From Flectonema sp. DT1601 (lineage: Eukaryota): 64,000 nt of DNA. The position numbers and the translations under genes were made by a program. The notes below the pieces were generated by a model. The model had not been told where the DNA came from. It did no database searches and saw only the letters and a program-made list of their open reading frames with translations. Shown piece after piece: positions 46,589 through 58,293 of this stretch. Where the stretch lies: contig OZ025781.1 in the NCBI GenBank assembly GCA_964019425.1, forward strand, positions 124,001 to 188,000, written 5' to 3'. The stretch's first letter is position 1, and each line of letters begins with the position of its first letter.

Positions 46589-49078
46589 TTATAGTTTTCC
46601 ATGCTGCGGTACTAACGAAGCTTTACTGGCAACAAAAAAAGTAGGGTGAGTGCGTTCCCTCAGTTCTTCATCTTTTTGTTTCTCCTCTGCTGATTTCCTA
46701 CAACAACACATGTAAACAATAACAATAACAACTATTACGAATACGCCAGAACATATCGAAATCAGAAGTAGATTGCGAAGCTTCACATCGCTGTCATCAC
46801 TACTTTCAGAAGTAGCTGACGCCACAATGGAACCTGGCACCTTGTAAGTTCCAGCCTCAAATTCCACCCAATTAGTTGAAGCAGTCGAACTGAGTGCAGC
46901 AGTTTGCTGAAGTATCTGCAACTCTGTTGCAGCTGAGAATGGAGGCCAGAAAGGCAACACATGATCAGCATAAACAGGAAGAAATTCATCCGAAAGAGAC
47001 GTGCTTGAATCAGTGTAGAAAGCAGCTAAACTGAATGTCAGCGCGGCGTTAGTTCTCGTGATTGGAGTCAGTGGTTTGTTTACGTTGTTGTTGGCAGCGG
47101 TAGCAACCCAAGATTTCCACTCGAAAAATGGTCCATTTGTAGCAGAACTTACTCTGTGCTTTTCTCCAGAAACACCACCAGCAGAGACAATTGTTACGGC
47201 CTTGGCCTTCCTAAGGAGCTTCACAGTATGAGAACAAGAACTACCACATCCTCCGAGTGATATAACTTTGATGGTTGCGAATCCCTTCGTAGGTTTATTG
47301 AGTTGTTCATTCGCTGCAAAGTTACACTGAGCATACGTCGCAGTGTTTTTCGCTTCAAGCAGCGAGTCGAAGAGAGGAACAATCTTTGGAACCACAAACA
47401 CTTCAGGTGATCCAGCAGCCCTGCTCTTCTTCGGAGCGTTGTTAAAGAGATCATTTAATTTAGTTTTTGCTTTCTCCATGTTTGTACTGGCCAAAGGTTC
47501 GTTGTATAAGCTTTCCCCGGTAGAAATACGTAACGCGTTGTAGTCTTCACCACCAACTGCAACAGATTGTATCAAACTGATGTATCCCTTAGTGAAGTCA
47601 GTGAGGTGGTATTCAGAAGCACCCTTAGTGGAAGCAGCACTTGCAGGTGAGATACGAAATTCACTTTTTGTTTTTGAGGCTTCTCTGAGTCCTGCAGGGT
47701 ATTGGAGCTTCGGTGTCAAGTACTCAATCGCTGTAGAGTACAAGATAAGAAATCCTCCACCGTTACCACGGACGTCCAGGATCAATTCTGTGATTCTCGG
47801 GGAAAACGCAATCCCATAATCACTGCAAGCCTCAATAACTTTTAAAAACCTAAGTAAGACTTTTGCCTCATCACAACCCTGTAAGTTGGTAGTCTTAGGG
47901 GAAAAGGTTCCGATGTACAAGTACATTACTGGATTTGCGTTGGTTTCGAAAGAGCTGCACACAATATTCGGTTCATTGGTATTTTGTGGATATTGAGCAA
48001 CTATCTTACCCTGATTCCAGAGATCTGAAGGAGCAAGCTGCTGAACTGATCTTTTGGACACGCGCTCCTGTTCCTTCTTTGCAGATGCAGCCTTGTCAGC
48101 CTTGTCAGCGTTGTGAAGATCTCTCGCAATGTCTGAAAGTGGATTAGGAGGAAGGTTAGGTCCGGAGTTCACTTCAGGACTTTTATGAATACCTGCCCTC
48201 TGATCAGCGATAGGAGGAATTGGTTTATATGCCTCTCTGTTCTGCCTGATGTGAGTAATGTCGTTAGGGGTCACTGGTGCTTCCTGTACCTGGGCACCTC
48301 TCGCAGTCGCTGCTAGACGGTTACCAGCAACTATGACAGCGGTTGTTAACTGTCGGTCATCCCTTCCAGCGTAGATTGGAAGGGTGTGAGACGTACCAGC
48401 AACAGTTATTTGCATTGTGGTGGCCTGGTATCCAGATGTAGTTGAAGATATACCTGCAGCGGCTGGGTTCGTTAGATATTCATTAAGGTCTGCGCCATTA
48501 GACTTCGAAGTGCCGTTGTCACCAAGCAACTTTGCTAAAGAGGCCACTGCTGGCTGTCCGTTGATTGCAGTTACAATGTCGCCAACTCGAATACTGCTCC
48601 ACGTCTGTCCCTGAGAATAGGCAGTGAAAAGGGCAAGGTGTCCACTGATGAAAATAACTTGCTGTCCATTATCCATTCTTGATCCGAATACAAAAGGAAT
48701 AGATAACTCAGCAAAGTACCCCGATGGCAGAGTGTAAGAAGTATGCCCGTCTTGTAACTTTAAGAAGAGTTGAGCCATTGAAGCTTGAAATTGGAAATCA
48801 CTATTCCACTGTTGAGTAGAGAACTGTTGAAGAGAACCCTTCAAGTTAACCTTTCCAATCACAGATGGGTCTGTTGATAGAGCGATGTCAGTTCCATGGT
48901 AAAACTCAACCATCTCAAGCGCTGCTTTTGTCGCTTCCGTCACAGTTGCTTGATCCACCGGAACAGTGTTGTAACAGTCAAAGATTTCGCTAGCTCTGTA
49001 GTAGTAAAAGTTATCTATCAGCCGCCCCTGCAAATTACATTGCGACACCGCCAGCAGGTTTATCATTGAGAGTAACAT
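46589..49078 (-). CDS. S41 peptidase copy D (short stalk)
   Basis: Intact; DGHT, DVRGNGGG, GGCGSSCS; stalk reduced to GSIVASATSESS. Confidence 0.85.
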   Translation of the reverse strand: MLLSMINLLAVSQCNLQGRLIDNFYYYRASEIFDCYNTVPVDQATVTEATKAALEMVEFYHGTDIALSTDPSVIGKVNLKGSLQQFSTQQWNSDFQFQASMAQLFLKLQDGHTSYTLPSGYFAELSIPFVFGSRMDNGQQVIFISGHLALFTAYSQGQTWSSIRVGDIVTAINGQPAVASLAKLLGDNGTSKSNGADLNEYLTNPAAAGISSTTSGYQATTMQITVAGTSHTLPIYAGRDDRQLTTAVIVAGNRLAATARGAQVQEAPVTPNDITHIRQNREAYKPIPPIADQRAGIHKSPEVNSGPNLPPNPLSDIARDLHNADKADKAASAKKEQERVSKRSVQQLAPSDLWNQGKIVAQYPQNTNEPNIVCSSFETNANPVMYLYIGTFSPKTTNLQGCDEAKVLLRFLKVIEACSDYGIAFSPRITELILDVRGNGGGFLILYSTAIEYLTPKLQYPAGLREASKTKSEFRISPASAASTKGASEYHLTDFTKGYISLIQSVAVGGEDYNALRISTGESLYNEPLASTNMEKAKTKLNDLFNNAPKKSRAAGSPEVFVVPKIVPLFDSLLEAKNTATYAQCNFAANEQLNKPTKGFATIKVISLGGCGSSCSHTVKLLRKAKAVTIVSAGGVSGEKHRVSSATNGPFFEWKSWVATAANNNVNKPLTPITRTNAALTFSLAAFYTDSSTSLSDEFLPVYADHVLPFWPPFSAATELQILQQTAALSSTASTNWVEFEAGTYKVPGSIVASATSESSDDSDVKLRNLLLISICSGVFVIVVIVIVYMCCCRKSAEEKQKDEELRERTHPTFFVASKASLVPQHGKL

Positions 49079-51539
49079 TTTATTTAGAAAACTGATGATG
49101 AGAAGTTGTGGATTCATCGTATTGACTGGATGGGTAACTATTTGTGGTATCGACTTAGTACGAATATCTGTGTTGATGTCCTGGAAAAGAAAAGTATCAA
49201 TCAATTTAGTGACTAACATTAAAAAACCAACACAGCCCAGCAGGTAGCTGTCGGGATAACGGAGTTAGTTGTTCAACGCCTGGGCTCCCTGTTGAGGGAA
49301 GTCATCCGACGATAGAGTTGTTTACTTGCATCCCATTGTTATCGAAACAAACGAAATTTATCTTTACGGTGTGAAGTCGCTTGAACAATATAAAAAGTTT
49401 TTATAAAAAAAGAATCCAGCAATGTTTTATTTACTTTCCCCCCCACTCGTAGTATTTATAAGACTACCAAGTGTACGATGGGCAATGAGCTGAAAGTGTC
49501 CAATCCCAGACGACGGTTCAAGAAGTTCTCACAGAGGTTTAGTTTGTTTTCCTGCTTGTGACACGAAGACGACAAGCTTTGACCTTCTTCAGGTACCCAA
49601 AAAATAATTCATTTCTGTAGTTTCTTATATTAATCAGTATTAGCTATATTAGCGAGGAGAGGACTACACTCCTTACCCATCCCTCTTCAGCGAAAGAGAG
49701 CAAGGAGGACACTGCGGTATCAGACCTGTCCTACTCATCGTGTTTGCCCTTCTCAGCAAATGGACTGAATATGAGTTTGTTATATTACTTTGTTAGTAAC
49801 AAAAAGACGTGTCGAATGATCTGAAGAGAGGGAGGATGGGAATCATATATGTTATTGTATTATTCCTGCTGCGGTACTAACTGCGTTGTCCGTCAGAATA
49901 TAAAAAAAACGATCAACAACTTGTTACTAAAAAAAGGATTTCCAGTAACTTTAATAAAAATTAAAAAATAATAAATTCAACGAATCACAAAAGAGGTACA
50001 ATATCCATACAACAGTTGCCAAACAAATCAAAATTTTCAAACGACTAAACATAAGAAACGCTGATACCTGTTCGAAGATATCAGGGGAGGGGGTGACTCT
50101 GATGGCAACATTTTTTTTTTAAAGCAAAATAAACTGATGACTACGAGGGGTCTGGGTAGCCCGCATCAGTAAGGACCCAATCGCGAAGATTGTAGTTTCA
50201 TAGTATCGGCTGGAAGTGATCGACTTGCAGCCTCCACCTTGCCCAGAGGCTACCAGAGGCTAACAGGTTGTAAACAACTAAAGAAAAAAAAAAAAAAAGT
50301 GTTCCGGGAGTGTGGGAATTTTGATAGTTTAGTTTAGTTAGCAAAATACAAACTTGATACGATACGAAAGTGGGGGAAGGTGAAAAAAAATAAAAAATCT
50401 TTTTTTATTCCATATGCAGCGTCTTTTATTTATAATACGACTATATGCCCCACATACCACGAAAGAAAATAGAAAACCCCGGAACAGTACCGAGGATCGT
50501 TCACCCCCAGTTGTCCAAAGCATTATAATTGAACTGTGGGCTTACCGAAAAGCTTTTTAGAAAAGTACCACAAAAAATTGGGCAGCACATAGCCATATCA
50601 CTCAGCAAGAAATGAAAAGCAAAAGAATCAAGTAAGATGAAAGTCAGTTTAAGGTCATAACTGCGACGGACAAATGAATTGAACGAAACATGCAGATCGA
50701 AAACCCGCAGATTTGTATTTTCTTTTAAACTATTAAGGAACAGAATCAAAAGGAATCTTAAATGAGACCACGCAGTCTTAACTGCTCCGGACCTCGAACG
50801 GAAATGGGAATTAAAAAAAAAAAAAAAAAAAATGAAAACAATAAAATCAGTACCAACTTTAGGTACTATCTTAAAAAGGCAAAAAATATATTTCGTAGTT
50901 GTTAATCAAAGAATAAAAAGGTACATTTAAAAAAAAAAAATAAATAAATAAAAAACGTAGAGAATTATCTTCAGCTGAAGGAGATGCAATTTAATTAAAA
51001 AAAAAGAAAAAATACGATAAAAAAACAAGTAAGTTAATAAATGAATAGCTGCCCGAAATGACGATTAATTCTTGTTTGGTAACAGTCACGTCATCTTTTG
51101 ATTTGAACTATTCAGACCCGGTATCAGAGTTCAGCAAACAATACAACTCCAGACCTTATCAGCCGCATTGCTAACATCACACATCTGACTTCTTTTATAC
51201 ACTTTGAACTTAGTAAGAGTAAATGCAGTGGAATGAAACATTAAATACTTCGAAAGTCGTTATCGAGGCTCCTGAAAGAATACATCTGCAACCGACAATC
51301 AAGAAGGCAGTATTCTTACAAAGTCATCTCGTCATCCTTAGTTGAAGTGAGCGAAGCGTATTGTCAAGAGTTTTGTTTGATGTAAGGTGCATAAGATTCG
51401 ATACCATAATAAACCATTAAGAGGATTAGCTCATAAAATAGTTTGGCGGTGAACTCTCGTTGTGACTAAAAAGACGAAACAAAAAATAAAAGAAAAAGTA
51501 CTGTTGAGGACGTTCCCCAATCTGCAGGGAGGGAAGCAT

Positions 51540-54194
51540 TTATAGCCTTCCATCCTGCGGTACTAACGAAGCACTCCCGGCATTAAAAAAAGAATCCTGA
51601 GTACGTTCCCCAAGTTCTTCATCTTTTTGCTCCTGAGATGCTTTTTCCTTTCTACAACAACACATGTAAACAATAACAATAACAACTATTACGACTACAA
51701 CAGAAATGATCGAAATCAGAAGTGTATTGCGAAGCTTCACATCGCTGTCATCACTGCTTGATGAACTCCTCGTTGGGGCCGCAGTAGCATTACTTTTCGC
51801 AGCTGGGGCTGTAGTAGGAGCAGTAGTTGTTGCTGGGGCCGTAGTGGGCGGGGCCGCAGTAGCATTACTTTTCGCAGCTGGGGCTGTAGTAGGAGCAGTA
51901 GTTGTTGCTGGGGCCGTAGTGGTCGCATTAGGTGAAACCACAACGGTACCTGGCACCTTGTAAGTTCCAGCCTCAAATTCCACCCAATTAGTTGAAGCAG
52001 TCGAACTGAGTGCAGCAGTTTGCTGAAGTATTTGCAACTCTGTTGCAGCTGAGAATGGAGGCCAGAAAGGCAACACATGATCAGCATAAACAGGAAGAAA
52101 TTCATCCGAAATAGATGTGCTCGGATCAGTGTAGAAAGCAGCTAAACTGAATGTCAGCGCGGCGTTAGTTCTCGTGATCGGTGTCAGTTGCTTGTTTACG
52201 TTGTTGTTGGCGGCGGCAGCAACCCAAGATTTCCACTCGAAAAATGGTCCATTTGTAGCAGAACTTACTCTGTGCTTTTCTCCAGATACACCACCAGCAG
52301 TTACAATTGTTACGGCCTTGGCCTTTCTAAGGAGCTTTATAGCATGAGAACAAGAACTACCACATGCTCCGAGTGATATAACTTTGATGGTTGCGAATCC
52401 CTTCGTAGGTTGATTGATTTGCTCATTCGCTGCAAAGGTACACTGAGCGTTCGCTGCAGAGTCCTTCAATGTAAATAGCGATTCAAAGAGAGAAACAACC
52501 TTTGGAACCACATACACTTCAGGTGATCCAGCAGCCCTGCTCTTCTTCGGAGCGTTGTTAAAGAGATCATTTAATTTAGCTTGTGCCTGCTGCGGGTTTG
52601 TACTGGCCAAAGGTTCGTTGTATAAGCTTTCCCCGGTAGAAATACGTAACACGTTGTAGTTTTCACCACCAACCACAACAGATTGTATCAAACTGACGTA
52701 TCCCTTAGTGAAGTCAGTGAGGTGGTATTCAAAAGCACCCTTAACAGCTGTAACACTTGCAGGTGAGACACGGAATTCACTTTTTGTTTTTGAGGCTTCT
52801 CTGAGTCCTGCAGGGTATTGGAGCTTCGGTGTCAAGTACTCAATCGCTGTAGAGTACAAGATAAGATATCCTCCACCGTTATCACGGAAGTCCAGGATCA
52901 ATTCTGTGATTCTCGGGGAAAACGCAATCGCATAATCATTGCAAGCCTCAATAACTTTTAAAAACCCGAAGAAGACTCTGGATTCAGCACAACCCTGTAA
53001 GTTGGTAACATTAGGGGAAAAGCTTTCCAGGTACAAGTACATTACTGGCTTTGCGTTGGTTTCGAATGAGCTGCACACAATATTCGGTTCATTGGTATTT
53101 TGTGGATATTGAGCAACTATCTTACCCTGATTCCAGAGATCTGAAGGAGCAAGCTGCTGAACTGATCTTTTGGACACGTGTTCCTGTTCCTTCTTTGCAG
53201 ATGCAGCCTTGTCAGCCTTGTCAGCGTTGTGAAGATCTCTCGCAATGTCTGAAAGTGGATTAGGAGGAAGGTTAGGTCCGGAGTTCACTTCAGGACTTTT
53301 ATGAATACCTGCCCTCTGATCAGCGATAGGAGGAATTGGTTTGTATGCCTCTCTGTTCTGCCTGATGTGAGTAATGTCGTTAGGGGTCACTGGTGCTTCC
53401 TGTACCTGAGCACCTCTCGCAGTCGCTGCTGGACGGTTACCAGCAACTATGACAGCGGTTGTTAACTGTCGGTCATCCCTTCCAGCGTAGATTGGAAGGG
53501 TGTGAGACGTACCAGCAACAGTTATTTGCATTGTGGTGGCCTGGTATCCAAATGAGGTTGAAGATATACCTGCAGTGTCAGGGTTGTTTAGGTATTCATT
53601 AAGGTCTGCGCCATTAGACTTCGAAGTGCCGTTGTCACCAAGCAACTTTGATAAAGAGGCCACTGCTGGCTGTCCGTTGATTGCAGTTACGACGTTGCCA
53701 ACCTGAACACTGCTCCACGTCTGTCCCTGAGAATAGGCAGCGAAAAGGGCATGGCGTTCCCTGATGAAAATAACCTGCTGTCCATTATCCATTCTGGTTC
53801 CGAATACAAAAGGAATAGATAACTCAGCAAAGTATCCCGATGGTGGAGTGTAAGAAGTATGCCCGTCTTGTAACTTTAAGAAGAGTTGAGCCATTGAAGC
53901 TTGAAATTGGAAATCACTATTCCACTGTTGAGTAGAGAACTGTTGAAGAGAACCCTTCAAGTTAACCTTTCCAATCACAGATGGGTCTGTTGATAGAGCG
54001 ATGTCAGTTCCTTGATAAAACTCAACCATCTCAAGCGCTGCTTTTGTCGCTTCCGTCACAGTTGCTTGATCCACCGGAACAGTGTTGTAACAGTCAAAGA
54101 TTTCACTAGCTCTGTAGTAGTAAAAGTTATCTATCAGCCGCCCCTGCAAACTACATTGCGACACCGCCAGCAGGTTTATCATTGAGAGTAACAT
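51540..54194 (-). CDS. S41 peptidase copy E (long mucin-like stalk)
   Basis: Intact; DFRDNGGG, GACGSSCS; duplicated TTAPATTTAPTTAPAAKSNATAAP stalk (~51775-51925). Confidence 0.85.
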   Translation of the reverse strand: MLLSMINLLAVSQCSLQGRLIDNFYYYRASEIFDCYNTVPVDQATVTEATKAALEMVEFYQGTDIALSTDPSVIGKVNLKGSLQQFSTQQWNSDFQFQASMAQLFLKLQDGHTSYTPPSGYFAELSIPFVFGTRMDNGQQVIFIRERHALFAAYSQGQTWSSVQVGNVVTAINGQPAVASLSKLLGDNGTSKSNGADLNEYLNNPDTAGISSTSFGYQATTMQITVAGTSHTLPIYAGRDDRQLTTAVIVAGNRPAATARGAQVQEAPVTPNDITHIRQNREAYKPIPPIADQRAGIHKSPEVNSGPNLPPNPLSDIARDLHNADKADKAASAKKEQEHVSKRSVQQLAPSDLWNQGKIVAQYPQNTNEPNIVCSSFETNAKPVMYLYLESFSPNVTNLQGCAESRVFFGFLKVIEACNDYAIAFSPRITELILDFRDNGGGYLILYSTAIEYLTPKLQYPAGLREASKTKSEFRVSPASVTAVKGAFEYHLTDFTKGYVSLIQSVVVGGENYNVLRISTGESLYNEPLASTNPQQAQAKLNDLFNNAPKKSRAAGSPEVYVVPKVVSLFESLFTLKDSAANAQCTFAANEQINQPTKGFATIKVISLGACGSSCSHAIKLLRKAKAVTIVTAGGVSGEKHRVSSATNGPFFEWKSWVAAAANNNVNKQLTPITRTNAALTFSLAAFYTDPSTSISDEFLPVYADHVLPFWPPFSAATELQILQQTAALSSTASTNWVEFEAGTYKVPGTVVVSPNATTTAPATTTAPTTAPAAKSNATAAPPTTAPATTTAPTTAPAAKSNATAAPTRSSSSSDDSDVKLRNTLLISIISVVVVIVVIVIVYMCCCRKEKASQEQKDEELGERTQDSFFNAGSASLVPQDGRL

Positions 54195-54201
54195 TTTATT
54201 T

Positions 54202-55139
54202 AGAAAACTGATGATGAGAAGTTGTGGATTCATCGTATTGACTGGATGGGTAACTATTTGTGGTATCGACTTAGTACGAATATCTGTGTTGATGTCCTGG
54301 AAAAGAAAAGTATCAATCAATTTAGTGACTAACATTAAAAAACCAACACAGCCCAGCAGGTAGCTGTCGGGATAACGGAGTTAGTTGTTCAACGCCTGGG
54401 CTCCCTGTTGAGGGAAGTCATCCGGCAATCGAGTTGTTTACTTGCATCCCAGTGTTATCGAAACAAACGAAATTTATCTTTACGGTGTGAAGTCGCTTGA
54501 ACAATATAAAATATTACTCAGAAAATGTCGGGAAGACGACAAATTCTGATCAAAAAAAAAGAAGAGGGATTTTATTTTCTTCGTATCTTTTTTCTTTATT
54601 CCCTTCGCAGTGCAATTAATACGACGACTACTTGTACGATGGGCAATCGTGTTCAATCCAAGGCGATTGTTCAAAAGGTTTTCACGGCAATTCAGTACTG
54701 GTTCCCTGCTTGTGATGTCATTCTCAGACATCTATTTCTTTTCTGTTGACAGTTCCCTTAAGAGAGGAGCAAAAGAGAAAGCAAAAAAGGTTTCAGAAAA
54801 ACACGAAAATGAAAACAACAACTGTTGTACGGTTCCCAAAGTTGCCGATAGCAGCAGCTTTTCGTGCCTTTTTTCCCCTCCTCCGCCTTCAGTTTCTTTT
54901 GATTTGTGTTCCACTAACTACTGACTACCTCACAGTAGCAAGTGAAAAGCTAATGAAATTATAGCAATAAAGGACAGACAGAGAGTAACCTCCCATCTAA
55001 CCGTTGTTCTATACGCAAGTTAATGGTCTAGAATAGTAGAGAAACCAAATGAGAGTTTTATGGAATGAATTCGTGGAAGAGATGTCACCAAGGATGTGGA
55101 AACGTTTGTCGAGTTACGTTTTCTCTCTTAAATTCTCAG
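54202..55139. repeat. Right copy of ~935-bp direct repeat bracketing the S41 array
   Basis: Near-identical to 26672-27604. Confidence 0.9.
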
Positions 55140-56217
55140 TTAGTGCGATTCTTTTTCTTTTTTTTTATTTTTCTTGTTTTTCGTTCTCTTTTTTTTTTCC
55201 CCTACGAGAAATCTCGAGTCGAGCATATAACTAGAGCGGTGGTCAAAACCCTCAAGAGAAATTTATAAGGAGAACATTTTTCATGTTGGGTTGTTTCGAG
55301 TAGTTAGAATTTTCACAACTTATTTTTGTGGTTTCCCTTATTTTTTTTTTTTTTTTTTTTTTCGGAGATCACTTTCTTCAAAGACGGATATGAAAGAAAC
55401 ATCAAAACAAAAACCATTCAGACATTTACTTCAGACCATTGCTGCAGTAAAAGTTTAGCAACAAACAAGAAAAACAAAACAAAAAAAACCACTCAGTCAC
55501 ACAATCCGAATAGTATCTCCTCTGCAAAAAAACAAGGGGAAAAAAAAAAAAGAAAAAAAAATGTATCATTTAGTATAATATTATGGTATCATTTATTTGT
55601 AACCAGTAACAGTAGTAACTTTATAATACCAAAGCAATAAGGTATAAACTGAAAAAAAAAAAAAAAAACTGAGCTTTCCTTTTAGAACAGCAGCTAAAAA
55701 AGCAAAGATAATGTATTCTCTCGTACATAACTAAAATAATGTTAATACGAGTATCCAGAATGTAGTTCGGGGGCCAAGTTGAACACCCCGTGCAGTCAGT
55801 TACGGAGAATGTAAATTTCTTTTCTTCTTTTCAGTTTTCCGTTATCGTATTTTGAAAGAAGGGGGAAATTTGATACTGCATTTAAGATTGAGAAAAACAA
55901 CAAAAAACGTTCTTTATTTTAATTTTCTGAGGGGGAAACTTAGGTCTTGTGAGTCAGACAGTATGAAATGTTGTCAACGTCCCCTCTCAGTACAATGCGC
56001 TCTACTTCATCCTGACAAGTTCTCCCTTGTGAGTGCATCCCTCTGCCTTCCCTGCAAAGAAGGTACGTTTGTAGACTTAAACACAGAGAGCCGTTGCGTC
56101 AGACTAAACTAAAAGCATCTATCTGCGTTTAAATAAAAAAAAATAAAAAAGTTAACGCTAAAATTATAACGACAAAAAAAAAAACGTTCTGATGACAAAG
56201 AAAATAAAAGGTTTCCT

Positions 56218-58036
56218 TCAAACTGCTTCTTTCTCCTCCTCAACATGGGAATCACGGGTTGCGAACCTCAGGAACAGTTCAGTACCCTTCTTCATGGTAG
56301 CAGTAAATAGTAAATTGATGTATATTTTAACTGGTCGATTTGCCCTTATAAAATACAACCTTATAATAACAACGACGAGTAACAACGCGAGAGAGACAAA
56401 AGCAGTATTCCACTCACCAGTCTTCCGATTGTTATATTCCGTATCATCTGGGGTGCTGTATTTCAGAAGGACATAAATATTGTCGGAGGGACTTACCGTG
56501 TCGATGGTAAGCTGATTTGGTTCACCAAAAATAGTGTGCCAATAAAATTCAAGAAATTTTAAATGTAAAATAACTAAAGGAGTAGTCAACTCTCTCACGT
56601 ACCCGACATTCATCGGGTCTATTTCATAAACGGACTTAGCAGGGACTACGAAATCACTTGTTGCGAAACCCTGACCAGCTGCTTTGAAAGGTGACTCTTT
56701 TGGCCAGGACCTAACCATCACCGGACGTGCATGTGGTCTGGCGAATTTTCCAGCAGGAAAATAACCTTTTCGTTCTCTGCTTTTCAAGGCTGCGTATAAG
56801 ATATCAGTCGCGGATATCTTTATTAAACCAGATACGAATACAAACACATCAGATTGTAAGTCACGATGATCAGCTCCATTTACATCATCAAGACCATAAT
56901 GAGCCATAAATCTCGAATATCCTTCTGTGTGACTACACGGAGCACCTCCAACAAAAAGGTTCACGTTGACAGAACCGTATGGACAGTTGTATGTTGGCTG
57001 ACGAATCCAAACACCAAAAGTACTACCGAGTGATGTCGATAAGATTGACTCGATGATGTTTGACGTCATCAGTTCTGTTGGATCACTTCCAAAGACGACT
57101 GTAATTCTAATCTCATCTTTTGGTGCCGATGGAAACATCCACCAGCCTTCAGAGTCGTGAAAAAATTGCCTTCCAGAAGTTGGCCATCTCAATAACGGTT
57201 TTGTTAACCGAGGCTTCTTCTTAGCACCAGTACAAGTACCAGCTGGGTATAAGGTTTTTGACGTCGTGTTAATATTTGGATCTTCACCAAGGATGTATCC
57301 CCAAGTGAACTCCAAATCGAACGCGTCCAGTTCACAAAACTTTTTATTCTTTAACAACTTCTTTTGAGGAGACAACTCCCAACAGCGTTTCGTAAAACTT
57401 TTCTGATCTCATTCCGATCAACTTCTGTAATATCGTGAATTGCCCCCCCATAAACCCATTGAATACTGACGGAGCTGGAAGTAACGGATGAAGGCTGCTC
57501 CTTTTCCATCTTGTTTCAAAGCCATACTTCTCAATCCGAGCAGGAATACTCGGCTGGTAAATCCAACCGAGAGAAGCGTATCGACCAGTTTGAGATGCGC
57601 AGAGAATCGACTGCTGAATAAGTGAATGGATATCATCAGTTTGATGCCATGCTTCAAGATGTCCGTGAATGAATGTAACAAACTCCCCAGTTGGTTTTTT
57701 TGGAATTGACATATCAGCCAAGTAAGTTGAGTACCCAACTGACTCTCTACAACAAGCAGCGATCGCACATTTCTTTCGTCGTCCCCACACAGTGTACCCG
57801 ATGCTTACTAAATACTCAACAGTTCTGAAATCACTTCCTCCAATTACAACTAACGATTTCACTTCATCACTAACGTCCAACCTTCCCCAAATTCCATTTT
57901 CATTTGCATCCCAAGTCGCACCCATCCTTTCCAATAATGTTGCTATCGTGTTATTATTTCTCAGTAATTTAATCTTATGATCTAACATACTCTGACTACT
58001 AGCTAAGAGCGTTACCAACAGTAGAATTGATTGCAT
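56218..58036 (-). pseudogene. Tandem DUF3431-like protein with signal peptide and C-terminal TM, split by a +1 frameshift near 57345-57375
   Basis: 57344-58036 has FIHGHLEAWH and GGQFTI; 56218-57375 continues with LEFTWGYILG and a second domain (SDFVVP, LEFYWHTIFG) plus TM. Pseudogene or sequencing error. Confidence 0.7.
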
Positions 58037-58293
58037 AATTTTTGTAACCCACGATGTCTAATTGCAGGGAAATAAAAAAAAAAAAAAAAAAAATTATTAA
58101 TTACGATTACGATTTACTGATCTTTTTTTTTCCTTTTTCCCTCAAATTCTATTTCTATAATAAAAAAAACATAAAAAACTCTAAAATAGTAAATAAAGTA
58201 ATATGTGGTACAGATTTCCTTAGAAAGGAAAAGATCTAATCGATTAAACAAAAGGTCACTTTTAAACGACTCAAAATAGAAGTTGTATTCCGT

